A DNA stretch of 64,000 nucleotides from Carcharhinus longimanus (taxonomy: Eukaryota): positions 82,750,173-82,814,172 of the forward strand of contig JASCQW010000027.1 of NCBI GenBank assembly GCA_030264375.1, written 5' to 3'. This document shows, one piece after another, positions 38,690 through 51,253 of this stretch (the first letter of the stretch is position 1; the number at the start of each line of letters is the position of its first letter). The notes under the pieces are model-generated. The model was not told the origin of the DNA, ran no database searches, and was given only the letters and a program-made list of their open reading frames with translations. A program made the position numbers and the translations under genes.

Positions 38690-39140
38690 GGATCCTCCCA
38701 AAAAAAACCTCTAAGTGTTGAATTTGCATACAAACTGGAATAAATCCCGCTGGTTTCTTTCAGTGGGATTTTCAAAATGAATCTCCCACACTCTGTGCTC
38801 TACAAAGTGCACTAGCGTGAATCACGCTGAAAATCCGGGAACGGGACCTATTTCCACTGGAGAGAGCAGCAGCATAGCACTGAGCGAGCCACCGCGCATG
38901 CGCATGGCTCCTCGCTGTTGGCCTCCCGATCGTTGGTTAGCTCAATTGCTGGCCAGCCCCATGACCCTGCGTCGTTTGCCCATGTGACCCCCTACCCCAT
39001 TCTGCTCCACCCACCCCCTAATCATTGTGCTCCCAGATGTGTCTGGGCAACCCCCCCACAATCCCGATTCTCATTACCATAATTGATTCAGCTCTGTACC
39101 AATTTCTGGCATGGAGCTGATGGCACCAGAAATCTGGCGG
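38690..39140. mobile_element. Non-autonomous DNA transposon (Harbinger-like), same family as 2585-2837
   Basis: Colinear similarity with 2585-2837. Contains the palindromic gcgcatgcgc. Confidence 0.6.
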
Positions 39141-39759
39141 CTGCAGACACAAGGAGGCCAGAGCGTCCAGTGGCAGCCCGCTAAACGGCCTCTACTTGTC
39201 TCCAAGCCCACTGTGCAATTGGCAGTCTCAACCATTTCATTTTCCTGCCCCGAGAGCCTTGCATGGAAACAAGTGACAACATCAAAAGGTGGAGAGGAAT
39301 ACAAGAAGTGGAGAAACAAATTATATTTAATGTAGTTTGTTTCACTTCGCAGTATTTCAAGTTTTGAATGTTAGTGCAGATGACAATAACTGGATTACAC
39401 TTCTAACATGTCAAAGCATGGAAATTATGAAAATGATTAGCAATTTCAAGTTTGGTGTTTGCAGTGTTTGTATAGGTGATGATGAACAAATTATCTTAAA
39501 ACATTATATACAGGTATCAAATGACATCCACCAAAACCTTTGAAGAACATAGTCACTCAAAACATTTGATGACAGAGCAGCATAGTCAAAAACTTCTTTA
39601 AAAAGAAACTTTTTTATTAACTTTGAATTATTGACTTTAGATGCTAATGTGTGGGAAAATAAAACGTAATGTAAAAATCCATTGTGATGAATGCAGGGGC
39701 CTCAGTCTTGTCCAAAAAGAAAAAAAGTTGATTTGATTAGCAGTATATCATATCCTCAG

Positions 39760-40080
39760 GAAATCCTGATGTCCTTCACAATCTAATTACAGTCACTGTA
39801 GCAATGAAAGGAAATACAGCAGCAAAGTTGCACAAAGCAAAATCTCAAAGCACACTATTTGTCTTTGGTAGTGATGGTCAGGAAACCATCCCTACCCTCT
39901 GAATGCTGCTTTGGGATTTGTCTTAAACACATGTCAACACATAGGCACATTTAACGTCACAAAAGACAGCACTGATAAAGAGGTACTGCCCAACACCACA
40001 CTGGTATGATAATTTTGGTTATAATTGGCTATTTATTGTTGGGGCTTGGATTCTAACTGAATAATCTGAGCCAAACAGGC
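39760..40080 (-). mobile_element. Deu-domain SINE remnant
   Basis: cagtcactgtagcaatg..ggaaatacagcagcaaagttgcacaaagcaaaatctc and tttaacgtcacaaaagacagcac resemble the DeuSINE reverse complement. Confidence 0.5.
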
Positions 40081-40405
40081 ACTCTGATCAGTCGGTAGCA
40101 CTAGACTCAAGTTTTTTTTTTGTTTCCAAAGGCTTTATATAAACTAGATAAATGTGATTAAATAACTGGTTCCAGCTAGCTTGAGTTGAAACAGAGACCC
40201 ATATCTTCCAACAGGAGAATAGAAAATGCAGAAAACTGAAGTGATATCCCTATCTGGACTGCAGGAAAGATTCTGCAAATTGAGTTTGATTTGCTATGGC
40301 TTGTTTTAAGCCATGTTGATTGCCTTTTGGTTATGTGACAGATCGGAAACCTGAACCTCTTATGCTAATCAAATTAGGCACTGTCAAAGCATTCCACGAG
40401 AACGT

Positions 40406-40507
40406 AAGACTCTGAAAAAGAGTCATATGGACTCAAAATATTAACTCTGTTTCTCTCTCCACAGATGCTGCCAGACCTGCTGAGTTTTTCCAGCATTTTC
40501 TGTTCTT
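40406..40507 (+). mobile_element. Penelope-related short repeat (family B) with degenerate hammerhead motif
   Basis: CTGAAAA-a-gagtc-atatg-gactc-AAAA-tattaactctgtttctctctccacagatgctgccagacctgctgag. Confidence 0.7.
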
Positions 40508-42092
40508 ATTAGTAAGAAATAGAAGCTGGAATTGGCTCTTTGGTCCTTTGAGCCTGCTGCACCGTTTAACAAGTCCATGGCCACTTTTCTGCACTGAAGT
40601 TTATTTATTAGTCACAAGTAAGGCTTACATTAACACTGCAATGAAGTTTCTGTGAAATTCTCCCAGGATACTATGTATCCTTTATTTCCTTTGATACCCA
40701 AAGTCTATCACCCATTGACTTCAATATAATCGTCTACTGGGTATCGACAGGTACCTGGGGTAAAGAATTCTTAAGACTTGCGTTAATGGATATGTGAGAT
40801 CTGCTGAAGCTATTATTATATTGCTATTAATCTATGTTATACTTCAATTGGAAACCCTTTGTTCATAACCTCCTGCACTGGAAAAGGTGCTGAGGATTTA
40901 ATTTGTTTCTAGTGCTAATTTGAGCTAATGCACTGTGGGGCTCTTGATGGGAGTTTTTGTGTCATACAATGAAGTTCTTTAACTCTGCACCCATTAAGAT
41001 GTACAAGAAATACACTCTTGTAAAGGTGCAATCCTTTATGGATTGATTTTTATCTTTGTTTCCTGGCATTTATGCCATCAGTAATTTATGCATCTTTTTG
41101 CTTCTGTTGTATCATAATTAAAAATAAAATTAGTTTTAGCCTGAATGTAGTGCTCCAACAATGTGATTATATACCACTTTTCAGAGTGACACAAGCACAT
41201 GGAGAGCATTCTTTGTGGTTTCTGGTGAAATATTCAATTGTTAAAGGAGAATTGTTAGTCCTGCAGTTTATTATCTCACTGCTGGCACGTAGAAGGACAC
41301 AGTTTTTTTTCTTTGGACAGTCTGCCTCTGATCCCAATTTTTCAACCTGCATAATTATCAATCAACATATTAACCGAATTTCTTAATGTTTAATTTGTCA
41401 CTCTAATGCTGTATCATTTAATCTCCAAATGAGAATGGTTTATTATTGACCTATGACTTAATATGTAACATTTACTAATATAAATTCCTGAATTATCAGC
41501 ATAACACTGCTGATGTGAAAGGACATCAGAGCTTTTTGGAAGGGAGTGGCATCCAAGAGGAGCATGAAATGCATTAATCTGGCAGGTGGGGAGGATAGCT
41601 CACGAAATCAGAAAGAAGGATTAGAAATAAACCCATTCAGTGTTGTAAAACTATGGGCCAGATGTTCTTGTTTCTGTGCCTGAATGTAATTGCTTGAATA
41701 GAGCATATGATTTTATATCCCTTTAAATTAATAGAGGAAAATTTTGATATTTTTATGGCAGCTAAAATAATAGTCTGATGAAGTTAGAGATCATCCTCCA
41801 CTTAGAGGTAAACATTCAGTGGTGACGTTCAGCCCAGGCATTAGGTTATATTTGGGTGGTATTTACAGGTGTTTTCGAAGTCTGATTTGGTTAGTATCTT
41901 TTTTCTGCATGTGGCATTCAAGCAACAGTTTCAATAATTTTTGTGGAATGAGGAAAGAGTAGTAAATTAAATTAACATCTTACAGTGCAACTAAGCCCAT
42001 AAACATGCTTAAGACCCATTTTCAACAGACCTTAATCAACAATAGTAAAGACAGTATACTGGAAGCTGCTCTGCTACAATCACTCCTTTTCT

Positions 42093-42376
42093 GTGGCACA
42101 GTGGTGAATACCACTGTCTCTCAGCTCTAAAGACCCAGGTTCAATTCTGGTCTTGGGTCACCTGTGTCGGTGAGGGTTTCCTCCAGCTGCTCTGGATTCC
42201 TCCCACAGTCGAAAGATGTGCAGTTCAGGTTGATTGGCCCTGCAAAATTGCCCTTTACTATCAGAAGGATTAGCAGGGTGAATACGTTGGGTTACAGGGA
42301 TAGGACCTGGATGGGATTGTTGTTGATGCAGGCTCCATGAGCCAAATGGCCTCCTTCTGCACTGTAGGGATTCTAT
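42093..42376 (+). mobile_element. HE1/V-SINE-like SINE
   Basis: Head gtggcacagtgg, partial V domain and tail tggcctccttctgcactgtagggattct. Confidence 0.8.
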
Positions 42377-42934
42377 ATTCGGGGCAGTCTTGATTTAAAA
42401 CATAGCTATAATACTTTCCAGAAGGGAAAAAAGTTTGGCGTGTTCTTATTTCTCCATTTTACTGGTGTATACTGTAAAATGGAAACAAGACCTGTATTCT
42501 TATTCCCTCATTTTACTCTTCTTCCTTCTGGGTTAGCCTTGCTCATTTAAGGCAACATCTCAGGTTCACTATAGGCAAGCTTTCTAAATCAATTGTGAGA
42601 AGGCTAATTATTGTTGAAAAGTGCCTTTGGAATGACCACTACAGGAAAAAACTTGCTCTCATTGTATTTTTTACAAATTTGTATAAAATATCAATAAGTG
42701 AATGAAGTGAGATGGATGCTATCGAAACTTAAAAAAAACTTTATAACTAATGTATGTTCTTGTTTGTTTATATGTGTGTACGTTCAGCACACATTTGTTC
42801 AATCACACTGTCTTTGTTTATACATTTTTTAATATGTAACTGACTGGACAAAATTTCATTCTCATAAAACATCAACTCCAATTTGCTATTACACAAATCA
42901 AAGCAAGGAAAGTAAGCAGCAAAAGCTTACTCGT

Positions 42935-43170
42935 AGGCTTGTACTCGTTAGAGTTTAGAAGAATGAGGGGAGATCTCATTGAGACATATAAGATGATGAA
43001 NNNNNNNNNNNNNNNNNNNNNNNNNNNNNNNNNNNNNNNNNNNNNNNNNNNNNNNNNNNNNNNNNNNNNNNNNNNNNNNNNNNNNNNNNNNNNNNNNNNN
43101 TCTTATTGAATGGCGGGGCAGGCTCGAAGGGCTAGATGGCCTACTCCTGCTCCTATTTCTTATGTTCTTA
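42935..43170 (+). mobile_element. CR1 LINE 3' end spanning an N gap
   Basis: GLYSLEFRRMRGDLIETYKMM before the gap and tail ggcctactcctgctcctatttcttatgttctta after it. Confidence 0.8.
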
Positions 43171-44470
43171 AAAGTACCAATGAGGAGCAACAAAGCATAA
43201 AATTGTCAATTTATTTTAGGTGGGTTCCGGGAGAGTAGTACATTCTATCACTCCATAGTTTTTAAATTAAAGCAAGGTCATTTAGGAGTAAAATTAAGAA
43301 ACATTTTTCCAACACAAGATAGCAATAATCTGAAAGATTCTGGGCCACGTGAAACTTTTTTGGCTAAGATTGATAGATTTTATTATTGAAGAAGACTTTT
43401 CAAAGGATATGGAACGAATATAGGCAAATTGAGTAGAGAAACAGATTGAATGGTGGGACAGGCTTTGAGGGTACTAAAGTCAACTGCTTGTGTTCTTCAT
43501 CTCAGGAGGAATAGTCTTTCGTATGAAAACTGCTAGAAAAAACATGCTGAGCTATTAGACATCCAGTTCAAAGTTAAAATGTTGTTTGTTGCTCAGAGTT
43601 CCCTATATGGCCCTCTAAATGACTTGAAGACAATTTCTCAGTGAGACCCACCATGTGGGGAGCCTAATGAACTTGGAGTTCTTAACTGGAACTTGGATTA
43701 TCGTCTTCAATTTTTCCAACCTCTTCCTTTTCTTTCACAATGTCTAGGTTGCTTGAAATCTATTGTAATCATGGTAAGATTCTTCCCTGTTTTTGGCTTT
43801 GAAATGCAAGTGATCTTTATTTTAAACCGAAGAACAGATTATGTCACAGAACAGGGTTTATCTCTGGCGATTGACTAGTCTTTAGCACCTACCAAGAATT
43901 CTTTGTAAGCATTTGATCTCTCGTTCCTTCCCCTGTCCAGTAATGGACTTCAGTAAGGTAACTGCTTTTACTGAACAAAACAAGTCATCAAAAGAAAATA
44001 AGCCATCAATTTGGAAATGTTGTCTGAGAAAACTAATGTTAAACCATTAAGTAAGAGTCTGTCATATTTTGTGCAAGTTGTTTAAATAAACTCATGCTGT
44101 TTTAATACTGTTCCAGAGACACATTTCTTCCACTCACCCAGCCCAATCTAGGGATGTAACTTGCACTTGCTTAGTATTCTGTGTAAATCTGGATTTCGAT
44201 ACTGGCCTCTGGTGCCTTGCATTTTTTCTAAACCTTATCAGCCACTGAATACATTTTCACTTTGTTCTCATTCTGCTATTCCCATTTTTTTTGGACTGTT
44301 TCAATCTGGAAAAAAGTAACTGTGAGGCCATTTAGCCCTGATACAACTCTTGTTGAACTGATTGGACTGTGGAAATAATGCTCCCTGCTTCAAACCATTT
44401 CTAGCCCATATTCCTATCCACTGTAAAAGCTTCTTGCCTGCCCAAGTGCATAATATATTTACTCAGTGTT

Positions 44471-44766
44471 GGCACAGTGACACAGTGGTTAGCACGGGTA
44501 TCTCACAGCGCCAGGGACCTAGGTTCGATTCTGGCCTTGGGTGACTGTGTGGAGTTTGCACATTCTCCCCATGTCTGTGGGTTTCCTGGGTGCTGCAGTT
44601 TCCTCCTGCAGTCCAGATGTACGGGTGAGGTTGATCATGCTAAGTTGACCCTAATGTCAGAGGATTACAGGGCATAAATGTATGGTTACGAGGATAGGTG
44701 GGATTGTGGTTAGTGCAGACTAGATGGGCTGAATGGCCTCCTTCTGCACTGTAGGGATTGTGTGAT
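44471..44766 (+). mobile_element. HE1/V-SINE-like SINE
   Basis: tRNA head, V domain and gcactgtagggatt tail. Confidence 0.85.
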
Positions 44767-46789
44767 TAACTGAAGTGCTTCCTGGCTGCCCGATCCAAGG
44801 ATTCCCTGAGTTCATTTATCCCCTCAGCCTGGTTGATTTCTTTGTCCATGGGCTCAGCAAACGCCACTCCTGTTGTCCCTCCCTCACTTTAGTTTCTGAA
44901 TCACAAAACCACGAAAAGATAGATCTTAAGTAGAAAAAGATTTTGACGGATTTGGCAGTACATAGGTCCTCAGTGGGGCCACAAAAAGCTGACAGATACT
45001 TTTGGTGGGAACTGACCAAAAAATGTTGCAAATTATTGAATGCGATTTTCATTTTATAGTTGGCTGGTTATATTTTGAATGAAGCAAGACTGAAAGCAAC
45101 TTTAAAATATAAAAATCAGAACAACTTTCTCTGTGGTATCAGGATTTTATTTTGGGGAAACGTAAACATGCTCACTTCCTTCCAGCACCTCTGAGTCATT
45201 CTCACAGTCTTTTCTGCATACTTGGCTCTTATCTAACTCATCTATTTCTTACACTGCTGCCAGTTTTGTTGCATTTCCATGCCCCGGAGTCCCCAGTAGT
45301 AGTGCTAAATATCAGTTGGCCCTAAATTGTACAATTGTATTGAGTACTGTTGAACCCCAGTGCTGGCACAAATCACTTGTAATGTTGCTCTGAGTTTTTG
45401 TATTTCCCTTCTTCAAACCTGTCTAATGCTCCTGCGGCAGCAGCTAGTCTTGCTTGGCCTGAACCTCAACTCATCAATGTCCACGTTACAGTGCACCACC
45501 TCCAAATGAGTATACATTCATTGCCTGTCTTTTTGCTGTATCTTTGGTCTTTATATATCAATCAAGGAAACAGTGTAAGTGCCACAAAGAGAAGAGACAG
45601 TCATGGAAAAAAGCAATTTAAAGAAAATTGTACCGAACAGAGTCAGTGATTCAGCCACCACTATTACAGAAGTTGATGGCACCTAAAGGACGTACATACC
45701 AGATGGCAATTTGAAACAAAAATTAAAGTGAGAAAGAAGCGAGGAAAAATTGGGCCATACTATGAAAAGTTAACTACTGTTTAAGGCAGCGGAGTATATT
45801 AGATTATCCTATTTGCCGTTAAAATTAGGTAGTGTTTTATGAGCTGCATTTGCAAGAACTGCCTAATTTACACTGTGTAGGTGAAATTGGAGCTTGCGAG
45901 CTTGTCTGATAATCAAAGAAGAAGATGCTGCTATTGGAGCATCCTTGCCTGCTATTTGGAGGCTGGGCCTGTGTGGTCCTCGGACATTCTACTCCTAGGA
46001 TCCCTATGTAAAGGTCCTTTTAAAAACAAATATGGCTGAATTCACATCGATGCATCTTCTAATTTCACCATCAATCAGTATATTTGTTGGTCAGCCCAAC
46101 TGCTGTAACAATGGTAAACAAAACCAATTGTATTCAAGATTTATTCCACTGCCACCCAATAAAATAGACAATGCCAGTGCTTACGACCAAATTCTCCAGT
46201 GTAATCCAATCCAATTGGCTGCAGTTCAGTCAATCCCAGCAGTATCAAGAGTGCAGTGATGACCACAGCTGGGACTGCAATGAGAAAAGAGAAAGGGCCC
46301 AATGGAACACTGGAAACAGGTAAGTCCTAGATCTTGGCAATGGAGGGTTTGGGCAGGTTTGGGAGGGGAGTGGGTGTCATGATGGGTTTAAGGCAGCAGG
46401 TAGGTAAGAAGAAAGGGAGGTTTACCTTGGGGGCACCCCTAATCCTCAAAGGGCCCCCATTGATAGAAATGCCCTCTTCCTTCCTGGCCTTGTAAGAATT
46501 AAAAACAAATTGGACTTCCCACTCCTGCCTGCCTGATTTTATGGCATAGGCAGTATAATGTTGTAATCAATTGACTTGATAACAAGCCTAATTGATCCTT
46601 GATTATCTATTTAATGTGGTGGGCAGCCCCCACCCCCGGATTAAGGTGCGAGTTGGAGTGTTGGTGGGTGGGGCACTCACCCGATGAATTATAGCGAAAC
46701 AGGCTCAAGTGGCCTACTCCTGCTCCTAATTTCTATAAAAGAGGATGCTACTGGGAAAGGATCTTTGTTCAGAAAATCAGGAAGTAGAA

Positions 46790-48272
46790 TCAATAACACT
46801 GGACGTTAAGAATAGCTCAGAAAATCAGGGAGTAGATTAGGAATGGCAAGGGTCAGAAAATGCAGGTTGGAGTATTTTATCCAACTATGGTCATACAATT
46901 GGACTCAGTATTAAACAAGAAATTGGAGCTTTAATAGGCAATGTTGTGGGGGACTTTAGTCTTCATATAGCCTGAATCAATCAAATTGCAAAGGTGGTCT
47001 GAGAGATGAGTTTGTAGAATGCTTTTGTGACTGTTTCCTAGAGAAAAATGTTATAGCATTAGCTGGAGATAAAGTTATTCTAGATTTGGCTTTGTGCAAT
47101 GAGGTAGTCTTAATTAGTAATGCTACTGTAAAAGATCTGTTTGAAAATAGTCATCATAATACCATGGAATTCCATATTCAGTTAGAAAATGGCATTCTAA
47201 TCACAAGATGAAATCTTAAAGTCGATTGCATAGGTGTGAGAAAAGAGATGGGTAAATAGACTAAAATCATAGAGATTGATTAGCAGTGGAAAATATTTAA
47301 AGAATATTAAATTAATTAAAAATGTTTGGGAAAATGCATTCTATTGAAAAACAAAACTCAGCAGAAAAGATCTGTCCGTGGCTTACTAAGGAGGTTAAGT
47401 ATTGAAAGAAAAGGCTTACAATGCTGTGCAGAATAATAGTTTGAGGCTTAGGCAGCTTTCAGAAACTAACAAAGGGCTACCAAAAATTTGATAAAAATGG
47501 AGAAAATAGAATGGGAGTAAACTAGCCGGTATAAATACAGGTTATAAGAATGTGTATAAGCATATAAATAGAAAGAATAGCTAAAGTAAATGTTGGTTCC
47601 TTAGAAGCAGGGACAGGAGAAATTATTATGGAGAATGAGGAAATGGCAGAGTGATTGAACAAATATGCTGTGTATCTTCACAGTTGGACATACAAGTTAA
47701 TGTACCAGAAATAGAGGGCAATCTAGGGGAAAATAAAAATGAGAAAATTAAGGTAATTTAGTTGAAAAAAACTTGAGAAACTCAAGGAGCTAAAATCTGA
47801 CAAATAATCAGGGCCAAATAGATAAATAACCAGGGCCAAATAGATTAATTCCTTAATTCTAAACGAGTTAGCTGCAGAAATGGTGAATATGCTAGCTATG
47901 ATTTTATGAATTTCCATAGATTCTGGAATGGTTGCAGCAGATGGAAAGTTGGCAAATGTAACAAAGGAGGGAGAGAAATAGGGAACTACAGTCATTGAGA
48001 AAATGCTTGCATCTTTAATTAAGGAAGTTTTAAGAAGACGCTTGGAAATCTATAATTAGAATGAGTCAACATAGATTTACAAAAGGAAATCCTGTTTGAC
48101 AATTTTTTTTAGGAGTGTTATGAGGATTTAACCAGTAGGGTTGATGAAGGAGAATTAGTAGATATGTCATACTTAGATTTTTTTAAAAGGCATTTGATAA
48201 GGTCTCACACAAAAGATTAATATACAAAGTAAGGGCTTGTGGCTTGAATGTGATCTGTTAGCATGGATGGAG
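46790..48272 (+). mobile_element. Decayed CR1 LINE ORF2 (endonuclease to RT)
   Basis: Remnant motifs GDF, ILDL, (SD)HN, W.LANVT and KSCLT plus YLDF.KAFDKVSH-like gcatttgataaggtctcacac. Many stops and frameshifts. Confidence 0.75.
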
Positions 48273-49210
48273 GACCTTCTTAAACAATGGAACAACATTA
48301 ACTACCCTTCAGTCTCCTGGAACTTTGCCAGTGGAAAGAGATGAAGCAAATATCTCTGCAAGCGCCCCTGCAATTTCTTCCCTAGCCTCCCATGAGATCC
48401 GAGGATGCACTTAATCAGTCCCATGGGATTTATCCACTTCAATGTGCTTTAATGGTGCAGATGCCTTCTCCCTAGTAATATGCATCTGGCCCAAGACATC
48501 ACCACTTGTTTCCCTTATTTCTTTAGCACCCACAATGTTCTCCTCAGTAAACACCGAGGAGAAGTATTCATTAAAAATCTCCCCTAGCTCCTGTGGCTTC
48601 ACACACAGATGGCCATGCTGATCTTTAAGTGGACCTATTTTCTCTCTGGCCACTCTTTTACTCTTAATGTAGCTATAGAACCTCTTGGGATTTTCTTCAA
48701 CCTTACCTGCCAGATCCATCTCATACTCTCCTTTTGCCCAAAAAGCCCCAGAAAATCCTAGAAAATCTCAGCAGGTTTATCAGCATCTGTGGAGAGAGAA
48801 TAGAGCCAATGTTTTGAGTCTGGATGACCCTTTGTCAGAGCTCTTCTTTTCCCTCCTGAAGTGCACTCTTACACTTTTTATAGTCCTCAAGGGACTTACT
48901 TGTCCCAGGTTGCCTTATCCCAATGTATGCTCCCTTTTTCCTCACCAGAGCCTCAATGTCCCTTGTCAGCCAGGGATCCCTAAATTTGCTAGCCTTTCTC
49001 TTCATCCTGTCAGGAAAATATTGTCCCTGGACTCGCACTTTTAAAAGCCTCCCATTTGCCAGTCACTCCTTTCCCTTGAACCAGACTCTCCCAGTCGACC
49101 TCTGCTAGATCCTGCCTAATTGGCCCTGCTCCTGTTTAGGACCTTAATCTTTGGACCCATCCTATCTTTTACCATAACTGTTTTAAAACTAATAGTGTTA
49201 TGGTCTCTGG
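48273..49210 (-). mobile_element. CR1 LINE ORF2 fragment
   Basis: ORF 48411-48719 encodes ENPKRFYSYIKSKRVAREKIGPLKD...IFNEYFSSVFTEE...DKSHGTD. Confidence 0.85.
48740..48843 (-). mobile_element. Family B Penelope-related repeat nested in CR1, with degenerate hammerhead motif
   Basis: Minus strand reads agctCTGACAAagggtcatccagactcAAAAcattggctct. Confidence 0.65.
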
Positions 49211-50120
49211 ATCAAATTTAGTCTTCATCACATTTAATGTAGGTTACTATCCTTTCAAAATCATAATCCATCTATGACTTTGTAACAGTGGAGTAATTAG
49301 GGATAACTGTGTATCAAAGAAAGTGACAGCACTTTGTGCACTTTTTGAAATGAACATTTTGTATTTAGAAAAATGCCATATTGCCTGATGCCAAGTTCTA
49401 TTTCTTCCTTTCCTTCTATTATAATTGGGATAGACCATGTCATGAATGTGTGAACTAAACTGCTTGCCTGCAGAGTAAGATGTGACATGTCTGCTTAAAT
49501 CATTACTGTTATAATGTCTGCAAGCTGGAATATTACCTTTTCTAACATATTCTTAGCAAAATTGAAGCCTATGGGAATAAAGAGGCTTTGGCAGCACAGA
49601 TATGAAATTGCCTGCACAAGGAACAGCAGAAAGTATTGGTGAACAGTTCTTTTTTCACTCTAGAAGTGGTAAAGAAAGGTTTTCACATTTTCTCACACAT
49701 CATGAGCACCATCTGTGGCCTGAAAACCATCAAAATCTTTAGGCCTGTGACCCTAGCAGATTCTTCTCCCCATTAATGGGCTGCATTGGCCACCGGAAAA
49801 CACAGATCGAAGAAGCATCTTGAGAGTTTTTGCTTCCCCCTGACATGCCACCTCAAAAGGTCAGAAGAAAATTGAAATATGAAAGAGAAAAGCAGCAACA
49901 TTAGAAGAACTGGAAAAGGGTAAATCTGTATGCATTTCCTCCATCTCACCATGAACAATATCACACAATAAAACAAAGAAAGTAAGCTATTAATTTGGAA
50001 TATACTGTATACCAACTAAAAATTATAATTAGTTAACATTTAAGTAAGTGATTTATTTTACAGTAATTTATTTCAAAACACATTCAATTTATTTGTGAAA
50101 CCCTAACAGCAATAATTAAT

Positions 50121-50228
50121 GAAAACAGAAAATGCTGGAAAATCTCAAAAGGTCTGACAGCATCTGTGGAGAAAACACAGTTAACGTTTCATAAGAACAT
50201 AGACTGGATGACCTTTCGTCAGAGCTGT
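50121..50228 (-). mobile_element. Family B Penelope-related repeat with intact hammerhead core boxes
   Basis: Minus strand reads acagctCTGACGAaaggtcatccagtctatgttcttatGAAAcgttaactgt. Confidence 0.7.
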
Positions 50229-50301
50229 TAGTTAATGTCAATAAGTTCATTTAATTTAAGTTTATATGTAATTTATATTTTACATTTCCCCTATTTTGCA
50301 G

Positions 50302-50612
50302 AATCATAGAATCCCTACAATGCAGAAGGAGGCCTTTCAGACCATTGTGTCTGCACCAACCAGGCCCTATTCCCATAACTCCACATATTTACCCTGCTAA
50401 CCCACTGATAGTAGGGTCAATTCAGCATAGCCAATCAACCTAACCCGCACATCTTTGAACGGTGAGAGGAAACTGGAGCACCCGGAGGAAACCCACGCAG
50501 GGACAGGGAGAATGTGCAAACTCCACTCAGACAGTGACCCGAGGCCAGGATTGAACCCAAGACCCTGGCACTGTGAGGCAGCAGTGCTAACCACTGTGCC
50601 ACTGTGCTGCCC
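50302..50612 (-). mobile_element. HE1/V-SINE-like SINE, near full length
   Basis: Reverse complement has the head, V domain and gtagggattctatga tail. Confidence 0.85.
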
Positions 50613-50965
50613 CTTTTCACATTTACTTATTTGTAACCAAAAAGTAGCTTATTTACAGCATTGTCAAAAAATATAGTACCACAATAATACATTCTCTGTT
50701 TCTTGTAATAATATCCTTCTTACAAACAATCAATTATATGATTTAATTTGGACAAAGCCATGGCAAATGCAATTCTGACATACCACAGCACAATGGTGTG
50801 ATAGGCCTCTCAAGCAAACAGCCTTATCCAGCGTTCTCATTGTCGATGGAAATTGTGACTGTTCTCCAATATGCAGGATTGCTGTATTTGAACCATCTGG
50901 TTGATAATGAATGTGACTGATAAGCTCAACAGAAAAGGATTGGCTACTAATAAAACTTTAGCCTT

Positions 50966-51253
50966 GGTGGGCAGCACTGCTGCCTCACAGTGCCAGGGAT
51001 CCAGGTTCAATTTTGGACTTGGGTAACTGTCTGTATGGAGTTCATCCATTCTCCCCATCTCTGCATGGGTTTCCTTCCAGTACTCTGATGTCCTCCCACA
51101 GGCCAAAGATGTGCAGGTTAGGTAGATTTGTCATGCTAACTTGCCTTTTAGTGTTGAGTAAATACATGGGATTATTGTTGCTGCAGGTGCGATTGACCAA
51201 ATGGCCTCCTTCTGCACTGTAGGTATTCTATGGTGCTATGATCCTATGATTCT
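50966..51253 (+). mobile_element. HE1/V-SINE-like SINE
   Basis: gcactgctgcctcacagtgccaggg head, V domain and ctatgat-repeat tail. Confidence 0.85.

Noticed and set aside
47804-47845. Short tandem duplications (also about 9026-9064, 27198-27236 and 56033-56071)
   Set aside because: Two-copy slippage duplications with no spacer structure. Not CRISPR-like and not expected to be functional.
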